Shown here: piece by piece, positions 1 to 8,082 of the stretch
Layout: each line of letters begins with the position of its first letter
Position numbering within the stretch: the stretch's first letter is position 1
Assembly: GCA_965198115.1 (NCBI GenBank)
Contig: OZ240241.1
Coordinates: forward strand, 2,560,001-2,624,000
Direction: 5' to 3'
DNA from: Candidatus Latescibacterota bacterium
GTDB taxonomy: Bacteria > Latescibacterota > UBA2968
DNA: 64,000 nt
Position numbers and translations under genes: made by a program
Notes under the pieces: generated by a model
What the model saw: the letters and a program-made list of their open reading frames with translations, nothing else
Database searches by the model: none
What the model was told of the DNA's origin: nothing

Positions 1-252
1 GTCGACCGCCCCCGGCGATGCCGTCTCCCACGCGCTGCGGTAATCGAGCGCGTCGTCGCTCGCACAGTGTGGCAACCCTTCGTCCGACGGGCGCTTGTAG
101 CGACACCCGAACTGAGCCGTGCATCGATCGTTCCGATCCTTGTACGGACAACGTGTGAGCGACTGCTCGTCGGCGTGTTGGACCATCTCCCCGAAAATGG
201 CAGACATCCGCTCGAGCCGTTCGCGATAATCTTCTGGATCGATCTTCTGCAA
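1..252 (-). CDS. small Cys-rich hypothetical protein (3' end runs off the window)
   Basis: Not in the ORF track. Translated by hand from TTG at 252 with GGGAG 7 nt upstream: MQKIDPEDYRERLERMSAIFGEMVQHADEQSLTRCPYKDRNDRCTAQFGCRYKRPSDEGLPHCASDDALDYRSAWET... Open to position 1 and co-oriented with the corrinoid gene. Confidence 0.7.
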   Translation of the reverse strand, partial: MQKIDPEDYRERLERMSAIFGEMVQHADEQSLTRCPYKDRNDRCTAQFGCRYKRPSDEGLPHCASDDALDYRSAWETASPGAVD

Positions 253-303
253 AGCGTTCTCCCGCTATCTGCGCCGCGATGTCTGGATAAAATAGGTTCG
301 ACA

Positions 304-456
304 ACAGATCGTTCCCGGATGGTCCTACATCAATAGGCGCACACCATCAGCGCCGGGATGTTTGGATGCAACCGCATCACCACAGATCGTTCCCGACTCG
401 GAGAGTCGGTCCTACGAAATGGGCGCGGAATCGGTATTCGAAGGAGTCAATAGGCG
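304..456. repeat. two imperfect direct copies of a GTAG-type REP-like unit
   Basis: ACAGATCGTTCCCG..GGTCCTAC..CAATAGGCG at 304-339 and 382-456. The second copy contains the hairpin CCGACTC-gga-GAGTCGG (393-409), read as GTAG-GA-CCGACTC... on the minus strand. Confidence 0.6.
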
Positions 457-508
457 AAATCAATTCCTCGCCCGCTCTCCCCCTCACCCGTTCTTCCCGT
501 CGGTCTTC

Positions 509-1285
509 TCAAGCATTCTGCTCTTCCCTCATCTCCTGGAGCAGTTGCTTTGCCAGGTCGACACAGGCCAACGCATCCTTTCCGTAGCCGTCAGCCCCCA
601 TATCGTCCGCGAACGTCTGTGTTACTGGAGCGCCGCCAACCATAATCTTGACGTCCTCCCGCAAATCCGCGTCGATGAACGCCTCGATCGTCTTGCCCAT
701 ATTGGGCATCGTAGTCGTCAACAGGGCGGACATTCCGAGCAACGGGGCCCCGTGCTCTTCGACCGCGTCGATGAACTCATCTTCCGACGTATCTACCCCC
801 AGATCGTGAACGACGAAACCCGCGCCACGCAGCATCATAATGCACAGATTCTTGCCGATGTCGTGGAGGTCCCCCTTGACGGTCCCCATAATCACGGTCC
901 CGACCGGTTCGATGCCCGACGCTGACAGAATCGGTTCGATGTGCGCCATACCGGCTTTCATCGCCCGGGCACAAGCCAACACTTCCGGCACGAAAATGAT
1001 ATTCTCACGGAACTTGATCCCCACGATCCCCATTCCCGCAATCAGGCCATCGTCCATCACCTCGAGCGCCTCGATGCCCTCATCCAGCGACTCCCGCGTC
1101 AGGACGTCGACTGTATCGTTGTCCCCATCGATCAACGCCGCCGCGATATCCTGCATTTTCGGCCGCGTCCGTGAGAACAGCTCGACATTCCGCTCGATCT
1201 CTTCCGGCCGCTCGAGATACGCCTCGATCTCTTCCTTGATGAAGTCATTCTGAATGTCACTCAACTCAGCCACGATCGTCTCCAA
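509..1285 (-). CDS. methyltransferase cognate corrinoid (cobalamin-binding) protein
   Basis: B12 cap domain (GLIAGMGIVGIKF...FVPEVL) plus B12-binding domain with GTVKGDLHDIGK (DxHxxG), MSALLTTTM and MVGGAPV; about 40 aa acidic N-terminal extension. Confidence 0.93.
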   Translation of the reverse strand: METIVAELSDIQNDFIKEEIEAYLERPEEIERNVELFSRTRPKMQDIAAALIDGDNDTVDVLTRESLDEGIEALEVMDDGLIAGMGIVGIKFRENIIFVPEVLACARAMKAGMAHIEPILSASGIEPVGTVIMGTVKGDLHDIGKNLCIMMLRGAGFVVHDLGVDTSEDEFIDAVEEHGAPLLGMSALLTTTMPNMGKTIEAFIDADLREDVKIMVGGAPVTQTFADDMGADGYGKDALACVDLAKQLLQEMREEQNA

Positions 1286-1300
1286 AACCTAAAACCCGGA

Positions 1301-1493
1301 ACCACGAACCACACGAAATACACGAACGAAACCCTCGTCGAAATTTTGGATGAAGCCGACGTGCCTTTGGGGCCCATCCAAACCCCGGGATAGTACTACC
1401 TACCGCTCCCACCCAGAATCTGTCACTGCCACCGCATTTTTCGTGTGTGTAGCCTGCCCCGGCAACGGTTCTGAGCCGGGGTGTATTTCGTGG
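1301..1493. repeat. inverted-repeat intergenic element (CACGAA-rich arms) with a nested hairpin module
   Basis: Left arm ACCACGAACCACACGAAATACACGAA (1301-1326). Right arm TTCGTGTGT..GTGTATTTCGTGG (1440-1493) is interrupted by AGCCTGCCCCGGCAACGGTTCTGAGCCGGG. Related arms occur at 40339-40393 and near 43017-43032. Confidence 0.65.
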
Positions 1494-1499
1494 CAGTCT

Positions 1500-2510
1500 T
1501 TAGTTTTTCGACCAGGATTGTACGGTATCGGGAATCGCTCGCAGGTTTTCGACGGCCGTCTGTAGAGGCACGGCACATTCGGGACCGATCAGGCCCACAC
1601 CCGAGGCCAGGTTGTCGCTGACCTCTCCGGCCACCTCTTCGGGCCCCTTCGAAAACAGCGTCTCCGGATTGTTGACGTTGCCAACGAGCGCGATACGGTC
1701 CTGCACGATCTCCATCGATTCGCCCGGCTTGTTCTTCGAATCATAGTGGAACGCCGCCATCCCCGTCTGAGCGATGTAGTCCATCCGGTCGACGGTTCGT
1801 CCACAGATGTGCAGAATCAACGGAATGGGGATGCGTTCGACGAACTCGACGTGAAGGTCCTGCAGGTAGCGCGCATAGTATTCGCCACTGACCAGATCAC
1901 CCGTCGCGTGGTCGGGCAGCGTCAGTGCGTCGGCGCCGGCCTCGATCTGGGCGACTCCGAACTCGACTGTTGACTCCTTCAGCCTGTCCAGAATCCGCTT
2001 GGTCGCGTCGGGGTCATCCAGCGACAGCAGCAGGAACGGCTCGACGCCGAAGCAGTGGTATCCCAGCGACCACGGCCCCATCGTCTTTCCGATAATCGCG
2101 ACGTCGTCGCCGTACTCGCGCTTCAGAATCCGAATAGCCTCGAGCACACAGGAGGTATCCTGATGAGTCAGAAAATCATCAGGAATCTCGATATCGTCCG
2201 CCGTTTCCCAAATCGGCTCGGCCATCCGCACCGTCGGCCAGTTATCCTTCTGTTCCCACTGAATCTTGCATCCGAGCGCCGACGACTCCTGGATAATCGA
2301 GAACACCGGCATAATCGTGTCGAACCCGAGTTCCGTGTGACCTGTCGCCGCAAGTCGAGCCATCAGTTCCGGCTCCCGGTTGGCGTGCGGGAATGGCGCG
2401 TCGACCAGATCCATCAGCTCAACCGTCGCAACCGATGTCGGGTTGCAGGTCGGAGTGCGATCGACCGGTTGTCGATTCAGAGCGGCGAGAACACGTTCCC
2501 TGGAAGTCAT
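1500..2510 (-). CDS. MtaA/CmuA-family (uroporphyrinogen decarboxylase fold) Zn-dependent methyltransferase
   Basis: Start MTSRERVLAAL..VDRTP typical of the UroD/MtaA family; GKTMGPWS; Zn ligands ILHICG (H-x-C) and GPECAV; adjacent to the corrinoid gene. Confidence 0.88.
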   Translation of the reverse strand: MTSRERVLAALNRQPVDRTPTCNPTSVATVELMDLVDAPFPHANREPELMARLAATGHTELGFDTIMPVFSIIQESSALGCKIQWEQKDNWPTVRMAEPIWETADDIEIPDDFLTHQDTSCVLEAIRILKREYGDDVAIIGKTMGPWSLGYHCFGVEPFLLLSLDDPDATKRILDRLKESTVEFGVAQIEAGADALTLPDHATGDLVSGEYYARYLQDLHVEFVERIPIPLILHICGRTVDRMDYIAQTGMAAFHYDSKNKPGESMEIVQDRIALVGNVNNPETLFSKGPEEVAGEVSDNLASGVGLIGPECAVPLQTAVENLRAIPDTVQSWSKN

Positions 2511-2518
2511 CGATCTCT

Positions 2519-3145
2519 CTAATTCTGCTGTGACGGCGCGGCCAGCACGCCACGAGACGCCTGAGCCTCGATTTCCCGCAGAATGGCTCGTACGTTGGGC
2601 GCTCGAACGAGCAGCAACCCCACGAGTGCGTCGTGTCGAGCCTCGCAAGGAAACACCACCGACGTTTCGTTGCGGGTGTCCATTTCGCCCAGCTTTGCCA
2701 GCCCGCCGGCAACGACTAGCACACGACGATCCGCGTCTTTGCCCTCACCCGTCGCCGATACCGAGTAAACACCCGCATCATCCGGGCTGACCTGTATCGT
2801 CAACCCCGACTTCTTGTCGAGGATCTCTAATGGACGCGCGTTCAGTTCTGCGCCGGTTTCGAGCTTGCACGCCTCGAGAAACGCACGCTTGACCGCCGCT
2901 TCGTGACGATCCCCGCACGAAAATCGGAGACAGGCATCGTCGACCGCCTCCAAGTTGCCCAGCACCACCATTGCGTCTCGAATGAATGTGACCCGCTCGC
3001 CCGTACCCGGCTTCTGACTGAAGGAATGGACGCGATACGTCGGATGGTCTGCCTCGTCGGAATACAAGGCGACCGAAATATCCTCGAATTGCCCGTCCAT
3101 TGGGAGCAATTCGATTCGACGGCCGAGAGACTGGATCTGGGGCAT
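2519..3145 (-). CDS. hypothetical protein with an internal duplicated F-x-C-x-x-R-H motif
   Basis: 208 aa ORF from ATG 3145; first gene of the corrinoid operon, ending 8 nt before the MtaA-like start. No family recognised. Confidence 0.8.
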   Translation of the reverse strand: MPQIQSLGRRIELLPMDGQFEDISVALYSDEADHPTYRVHSFSQKPGTGERVTFIRDAMVVLGNLEAVDDACLRFSCGDRHEAAVKRAFLEACKLETGAELNARPLEILDKKSGLTIQVSPDDAGVYSVSATGEGKDADRRVLVVAGGLAKLGEMDTRNETSVVFPCEARHDALVGLLLVRAPNVRAILREIEAQASRGVLAAPSQQN

Positions 3146-3156
3146 AGGCAAAGGGC

Positions 3157-3211
3157 TTGACTTTTTCCGCCCGGGCGGATAAGGTTTGATTGGTCTAATG
3201 GTCGGACCAAT
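3157..3211 (+). promoter_or_regulatory. sigma70-like promoter plus FadR-family operator
   Basis: TTGACT (3157-3162)-N17-TAAGGT (3180-3185). Palindrome TGGTCgGACCA (3199-3209) lies inside ATTGGTC...GACCAAT, between the divergent regulator and the corrinoid operon. Confidence 0.75.
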
Positions 3212-3274
3212 AATCTACGCGATCGGACCCGGATCGCAAAGCCTTTTTCTACTAACCGACCGAAAAAAGCCCAA

Positions 3275-4012
3275 ATGCCCGAGATTCCGGCTCTTCAGCC
3301 CATCCGACGACGCGCTCTGAGCGATGATATCATCGACCAGCTGGTCGATCTGATCGCTAGCGACGAGCTCCCTCCCGGCCATCGCCTGCCATCGGAACGT
3401 GAGTTGAGCCGCCAGCTCGGGGTCGGCCGCGCATCGTTGAGGGAGGCCCTCCGATCGCTCGCCGTGATGGGCATCGTCGAAGGTCGAGTAGGCGAAGGGA
3501 CCTTTGTCACGAAGGACAGCGCCCGCTACCTCGAAAAATCACTCCGATGGGGAATGCTCCTGGACCCCAAGGAGATCTCCGACCTCATCGAAACCCGCAC
3601 GCTTCTGGAAACGCAGACTGCCGCATTCGCCGCCGAACGAGCGACGCCGGAAGAGCTCGAAAACATCGCGGTCACCCTCCCCGCCCTCGAAAACGCACTC
3701 GGCGATGACCAACGCTTCCTTCAAGAGGATCTGGCCTTTCACCTCGCCATCGCTTCCGCTTCCCAAAATCAGATGCTGCACCACCTTCTTCAGCTGACGC
3801 GTCAACACCTCCAAGCCTGGATCATTCGCAGCCTCGAGAACCCATCCACTTCCACGGACGAGAGGGCCCGGCTCTCACTCGAGCAACACCAGGAAATCTT
3901 CGCATCCATCGTCGCGACGGACCCAGAAACCGCCGCCTCCGCAATGCGCCGCCACCTGATCTCGTCCAGCCAGGGTTTTACCGAACTACCTCCGCCCTCA
4001 GATGGTTTGTGA
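3275..4012 (+). CDS. FadR/GntR family transcriptional regulator
   Basis: GntR winged HTH (LPPGHRLPSERELSRQLGVGRASLREAL..L...G) plus FCD domain (DLAFHLAIASASQN, EQHQEIF). Confidence 0.95.
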   Translation: MPEIPALQPIRRRALSDDIIDQLVDLIASDELPPGHRLPSERELSRQLGVGRASLREALRSLAVMGIVEGRVGEGTFVTKDSARYLEKSLRWGMLLDPKEISDLIETRTLLETQTAAFAAERATPEELENIAVTLPALENALGDDQRFLQEDLAFHLAIASASQNQMLHHLLQLTRQHLQAWIIRSLENPSTSTDERARLSLEQHQEIFASIVATDPETAASAMRRHLISSSQGFTELPPPSDGL

Positions 4013-4822
4013 ACGAGGGTCCCGTGCCACAGCAGCCACCGACGTAGTCCACATCTCGCGTCATCAACCCCTTCAACATCTCGACGATCTCCGCGTCCGA
4101 GTCGGGATAGTTCAGGCCGTCATCACGCCGTTCCGGCGGGCCTGCGTTCGGTTTGAGCCAGAGCGGAATATCGGTCGGAAGCTGGTCGATGACCTGTTCG
4201 ATTTCACGCACCGAGACGCAGTTGACACCGAAGGCGAGCGCACCCGCATCTCGAACTCGCAGCGCAGACTCGACCAGCGGTTCACCAGCGAATGTCCAGC
4301 CTTCGCCCCCGGTGACACAAAACGTGAACGATACGATCGTTTCCAAGTCCGTCGCCCGGCAAGCCGCCAGTGCGACCAAAGCCTCCTCTGTCGACGTTGA
4401 AGTTTCGACAACGAACCTGTCGACCTGGGCGTCAACCAACGCTTCGGCCTGCTCTTCGAAGGCTCTCACGACTTCGGCGCGACTCGATTGCACGCGATCG
4501 GGGGAAAGCCCTGTCGGCCCGACCGAGCCATAGACGGCGTCCCGACTCCCAGCATCCGCCTCCCCCGATCGCGCGAGCGTCACCGCGGCACGATTGAGCT
4601 CGCCAACCTCTCGCCCAAGCCCGGTCAACGAGAGTCTCAAGCGATTCGCGCCAAACGTATTCGACAGCACGAAGTCCGCACCCGCATCGCGGTAGGCCTT
4701 CGCGACAGCCGCAACAACCACCGGGTGACTGAAGTTCCAGTCTCCGGTGGCTCTCCGATCGCCAGACCCTTTGCCTGGAGCGCGGTTGCGGTTCCTCCGT
4801 CCCCGATCAGCACGGCAGCCAC
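3978..4822 (-). CDS. homocysteine S-methyltransferase family protein (stand-alone MetH N-terminal-like domain), frameshifted
   Basis: N-terminus VAAVLIGDGGTATALQAKG (ORF 4637-4822) joins WNFSHP..AGADFVLSNTFGAN..GVNC..KPNAG..GGCCGT after a 1-nt indel near 4741. Confidence 0.85.
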
Positions 4823-4824
4823 AC

Positions 4825-5691
4825 CTACTCCGAAATGGCCTCGGACACCGCCTGAGCGAAGCCCTCGTCATCGAAGCTCGGCCCCAGCACGACGTCCTCA
4901 GAAGCCGCGGCTTCCTGCGTTGTCGCATCGGCGTTCCCCAGCAGAACGCCGTGTCCCGCCGAAACCAGCATCGACAGATCGTTGCTCCCGTCGCCGATCG
5001 CCATCGTCTCCGATACATCCACATCACAAGCACCTGCGATGGCCGCAAGGGCTCTCGCCTTGTCCACCTCCGGGTGCATCGTTTCGATCCTGTCCGTGTC
5101 CGTACGCTCCATATAAAGCCCATCCCCGAAACGTGTTTTTAGATCCGCCAGTACCGCCTCCCGTCGCTCCGGTCCGGGGAGAATCAACAGCTTCGGGGGA
5201 GCGGGGTATTCGCCCGCCCGGAGACGGCTCGGTAAGTTCGGTTCGATGACGAATTCCGTACCGGTCTGGATCGTCATATTCTCGACGGTCGCATCACGTT
5301 CGATCGTCACGTAGTCCTCGATGTGGAGCCCTTCATCGTCCACGTCCAGATGACAGTAAATAAAATTCATCTTCCACTCGGCCAGGACGTCTACGATTTC
5401 CCGATACATTTCCTCCGGCATTCGCTGCTGATGCAGGACACGGCGTTTCCCGTCTACCTCCCTATCCAACGCCACCGCCCCATTGTATCCACCCACCAGC
5501 ATCGTCGATGCGAAGGAGGTGTGCGTCTCGAATGGCTGCTGACTCTTGGAAATGCTGCGCCCGCTGATGGATGCAACGTGAATACCCCGGTCGATCAACG
5601 ATTGGATCGTCTCGAGCGCAGTCTTCGAGGGTTTGTTTTCGTGGTTCAGAACCGTGCCATCCAGGTCGAACGCAACCAGCTTGATGCTCAC
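4825..5691 (-). CDS. Cof-type HAD-IIB hydrolase
   Basis: FDLDGT motif I, SGR motif II, DKARAL, GDGSNDLSM motif IV. Confidence 0.92.
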   Translation of the reverse strand: MSIKLVAFDLDGTVLNHENKPSKTALETIQSLIDRGIHVASISGRSISKSQQPFETHTSFASTMLVGGYNGAVALDREVDGKRRVLHQQRMPEEMYREIVDVLAEWKMNFIYCHLDVDDEGLHIEDYVTIERDATVENMTIQTGTEFVIEPNLPSRLRAGEYPAPPKLLILPGPERREAVLADLKTRFGDGLYMERTDTDRIETMHPEVDKARALAAIAGACDVDVSETMAIGDGSNDLSMLVSAGHGVLLGNADATTQEAAASEDVVLGPSFDDEGFAQAVSEAISE

Positions 5692-5797
5692 CGTCTTTAT
5701 CCTCCCCCAAACAAAAAAAATAGAAGTGACAGGCGTCCCACGCGCCGTCCCGCAGACCGGCGAAGTAGCGCAGGTTCTGGCGTATCGTCACACCGAT

Positions 5798-6853
5798 TCA
5801 GTCTACGATCGGAAGCGACATCGTCTGACCGCGCTCGGCCGAACGGAACACCGCCTCCGTGAACTCCATATACTTCACACCCTGGAAGAACGTCGACTCT
5901 GCGTTGTCGCCCGTCTTGATCGCGTTGATAAAGTCGGCCTCCACCGTCCACTCACGCGTGTGCCTCTTCGGGACCGCCAGGGGTTTGAGTGCTTTCGCAT
6001 TTCCCTTCGCTCCCAGAATCCGCTGTCTCGCCAAGTTGGGTGCCGTCTCATACACGAGGGTGCCCGCCGTACCGTAGATTTCGATCCGCTCGCTCGGCGC
6101 GTGGTGGGCGTTGCCCGAAAACATATACACGGCCGTTGCCCCGATCTCCATCGTTGCCAGAATGTTCACCGTATCGGGTCGGTCGACCTCGCCCACCTTC
6201 CCCCGCCCAACGGGCCGCAGCTTTACAAACGTCTCGGCCTGCGCGGTCACCGATTTCGTGTAGCCGCACCAGCGGTGTACGAACTCGACCAGCATTCCGA
6301 CGCTCATCGTGTTCAGCCCCGAGTATCGCCCGATCTGCCGCCAGTGGAGCGGCGTCTTCGGATTATTCTGCGCCGGAGTCATCGATCGCACGACGATGTT
6401 GCGAACATCACCCACGTAGCCGTTGGCGATCAGGTGACGCATATAGTAGTCACCCTTCATCCCGTGCGGCGGCTGGCAGATCTGAGTGGCCAGCCCCGTC
6501 TCTTCGGCCCGCGCGTGCATCAGCTTCGCTTCTCGCAGGTTCATCGCCATTCGCGCCTGCACCCACGTGTGCTTGCCCGCATCGAGTGACTCGAGCACGA
6601 ACTCGCAATGCTTGTAGGGCCAAGTCCCGATCATCACCGCATCGACATCCTTCCGCGCGATCAGCGCGTGGGGATCAGTCACCAGATCAGGATCGAGCTT
6701 GAACTCCTGAGAAATCCTGCGCCCACTCGCAATCGATCGATTGCACAACGCCACGACTTCGGCATCCTTGATCTTCGCCAGACCGGGGAAGTGTCGGGTA
6801 CGGAAGATGCCGCCAGCGCCTATGATGCCAATGCGTATTGGTCTTTTCGCCAT
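5798..6853 (-). CDS. Gfo/Idh/MocA family oxidoreductase
   Basis: IGIIGAGG Rossmann fold, DVDAVMIGT, GKH(T)WVQARMA variant of EKP, IEIYGTAG. Confidence 0.9.
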   Translation of the reverse strand: MAKRPIRIGIIGAGGIFRTRHFPGLAKIKDAEVVALCNRSIASGRRISQEFKLDPDLVTDPHALIARKDVDAVMIGTWPYKHCEFVLESLDAGKHTWVQARMAMNLREAKLMHARAEETGLATQICQPPHGMKGDYYMRHLIANGYVGDVRNIVVRSMTPAQNNPKTPLHWRQIGRYSGLNTMSVGMLVEFVHRWCGYTKSVTAQAETFVKLRPVGRGKVGEVDRPDTVNILATMEIGATAVYMFSGNAHHAPSERIEIYGTAGTLVYETAPNLARQRILGAKGNAKALKPLAVPKRHTREWTVEADFINAIKTGDNAESTFFQGVKYMEFTEAVFRSAERGQTMSLPIVD

Positions 6854-6914
6854 CGATTTACCCTCGTAGAAGGAGTTCAGTGTTCAATTGTTGTGAGTAC
6901 CCAAGATGGAATGA

Positions 6915-7023
6915 TGTCATCCCGGGCGAGCACCTGCGACAGCTTCCATTGCGCGAGACCCGGGACCCATCTTTCGTGGCAAAAGCAGAATGGATCCCGG
7001 CCAAGTAGCGTACCGGGATGACA
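6915..7023. repeat. REPIN-like palindromic element, copy 1
   Basis: TGTCATCCCGG...GGGACCCAT...AGAATGGATCCCGGCC...CCGGGATGACA. The terminal inverted repeats and inner motifs are shared with 49601-49712 and 45977-46121. Confidence 0.75.
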
Positions 7024-7032
7024 ATCGATCTA

Positions 7033-8037
7033 TCATTGCTTCAGCGTAAGGTCTTCGTAACCCGTCAAATGGTAATCGTAGTCGAGGTAGTCCAGCAGTC
7101 GACACAAAGCCCGGAACGCAACGCCAAACCCGTCGATCCCGCTGAACCCACCGAATTGCCCGCCGCCTTTGACGTGCGGTTCAAGATCGATGAACACGCC
7201 CGGAACGCCCAGTCTTTTGAACTTTGCATCCAGATCCGGAACGAGCGTGCGGTAATCGCGCAGGACCATTTCGTGGCCAGCGTCGCCCCGGTCGACCGGG
7301 ATGAAGCGTGTCAGTCCCCGCGTCTTGGCGGCCTCAATCATTGGCTCGTTCATCGGTTGATTGAATCCCTTGATGTGGATCCATCCGAGGCCTGGCTTCA
7401 TCTTCAGGTAATGCTCGTAGACACTGTCCGGCGAGTGCCCCTGACCCTCCATATTCCCCACGTCTTCAATGATGCACGTGTAGTCGCTTCCGATCTTCTC
7501 GTAGAGCGCGATCAGCGTATCGCCGTCTCCCCCGATCAGGGATGCTTCCACCTCGAGACCGTAGACAATGCCTTCGGCCGCGCATTTCTCGACGATGGTC
7601 TTGAGCTGCTCTGCTGCCTGGTCCAGATGAGGCCGCGGGTCCGTTCCGTCTGGGTGATAGTAAGAGAACCCTCGAATCAGTTTCGTGTCGAACGCCTTGG
7701 CCAGATCGATCGCGCGTTGGACGTCCTTATCCAGATATTCGTCGAAAGGCACGTAACGGTTTTGCGTACCATCCTCCTGATCGAGCAGCTTAACTTTCCC
7801 GATGGGTGAGCCGATACAGGAAACGTTCATCTCGTATTCGGCGTGCATCTCCTTCAGCTTCTCGATCTCTTCGTCCGAAAGCTCCATCACGTTCTTCAGC
7901 CCCTGGCCGACATCCACAAACCGAATGGTGTAGTAAGACAGACCAAGGGCCCGCATCATCGTCAGCTGTTCTTCCGCCCGCTTGCTCACGGGGCCTTCGT
8001 CCGCGAATCCGGACAGGATGATTTCTGCTTTGCTCAT
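7033..8037 (-). CDS. sugar phosphate isomerase/epimerase (xylose isomerase-like TIM barrel)
   Basis: SGFADE start, SCIGSPIGK, GLEVE, EDVGN, WIHIK, DLEPH metal motifs. Confidence 0.85.
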   Translation of the reverse strand: MSKAEIILSGFADEGPVSKRAEEQLTMMRALGLSYYTIRFVDVGQGLKNVMELSDEEIEKLKEMHAEYEMNVSCIGSPIGKVKLLDQEDGTQNRYVPFDEYLDKDVQRAIDLAKAFDTKLIRGFSYYHPDGTDPRPHLDQAAEQLKTIVEKCAAEGIVYGLEVEASLIGGDGDTLIALYEKIGSDYTCIIEDVGNMEGQGHSPDSVYEHYLKMKPGLGWIHIKGFNQPMNEPMIEAAKTRGLTRFIPVDRGDAGHEMVLRDYRTLVPDLDAKFKRLGVPGVFIDLEPHVKGGGQFGGFSGIDGFGVAFRALCRLLDYLDYDYHLTGYEDLTLKQ

Positions 8038-8082
8038 CGGGACACTCACTCTCCTTTGGTGGCGCTTATCAGGATTTCCCGG

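Noticed and set aside
1286-1499. Cobalamin riboswitch near the corrinoid gene
   Set aside because: No convincing B12-box arrangement; the region is explained by the inverted repeat element.
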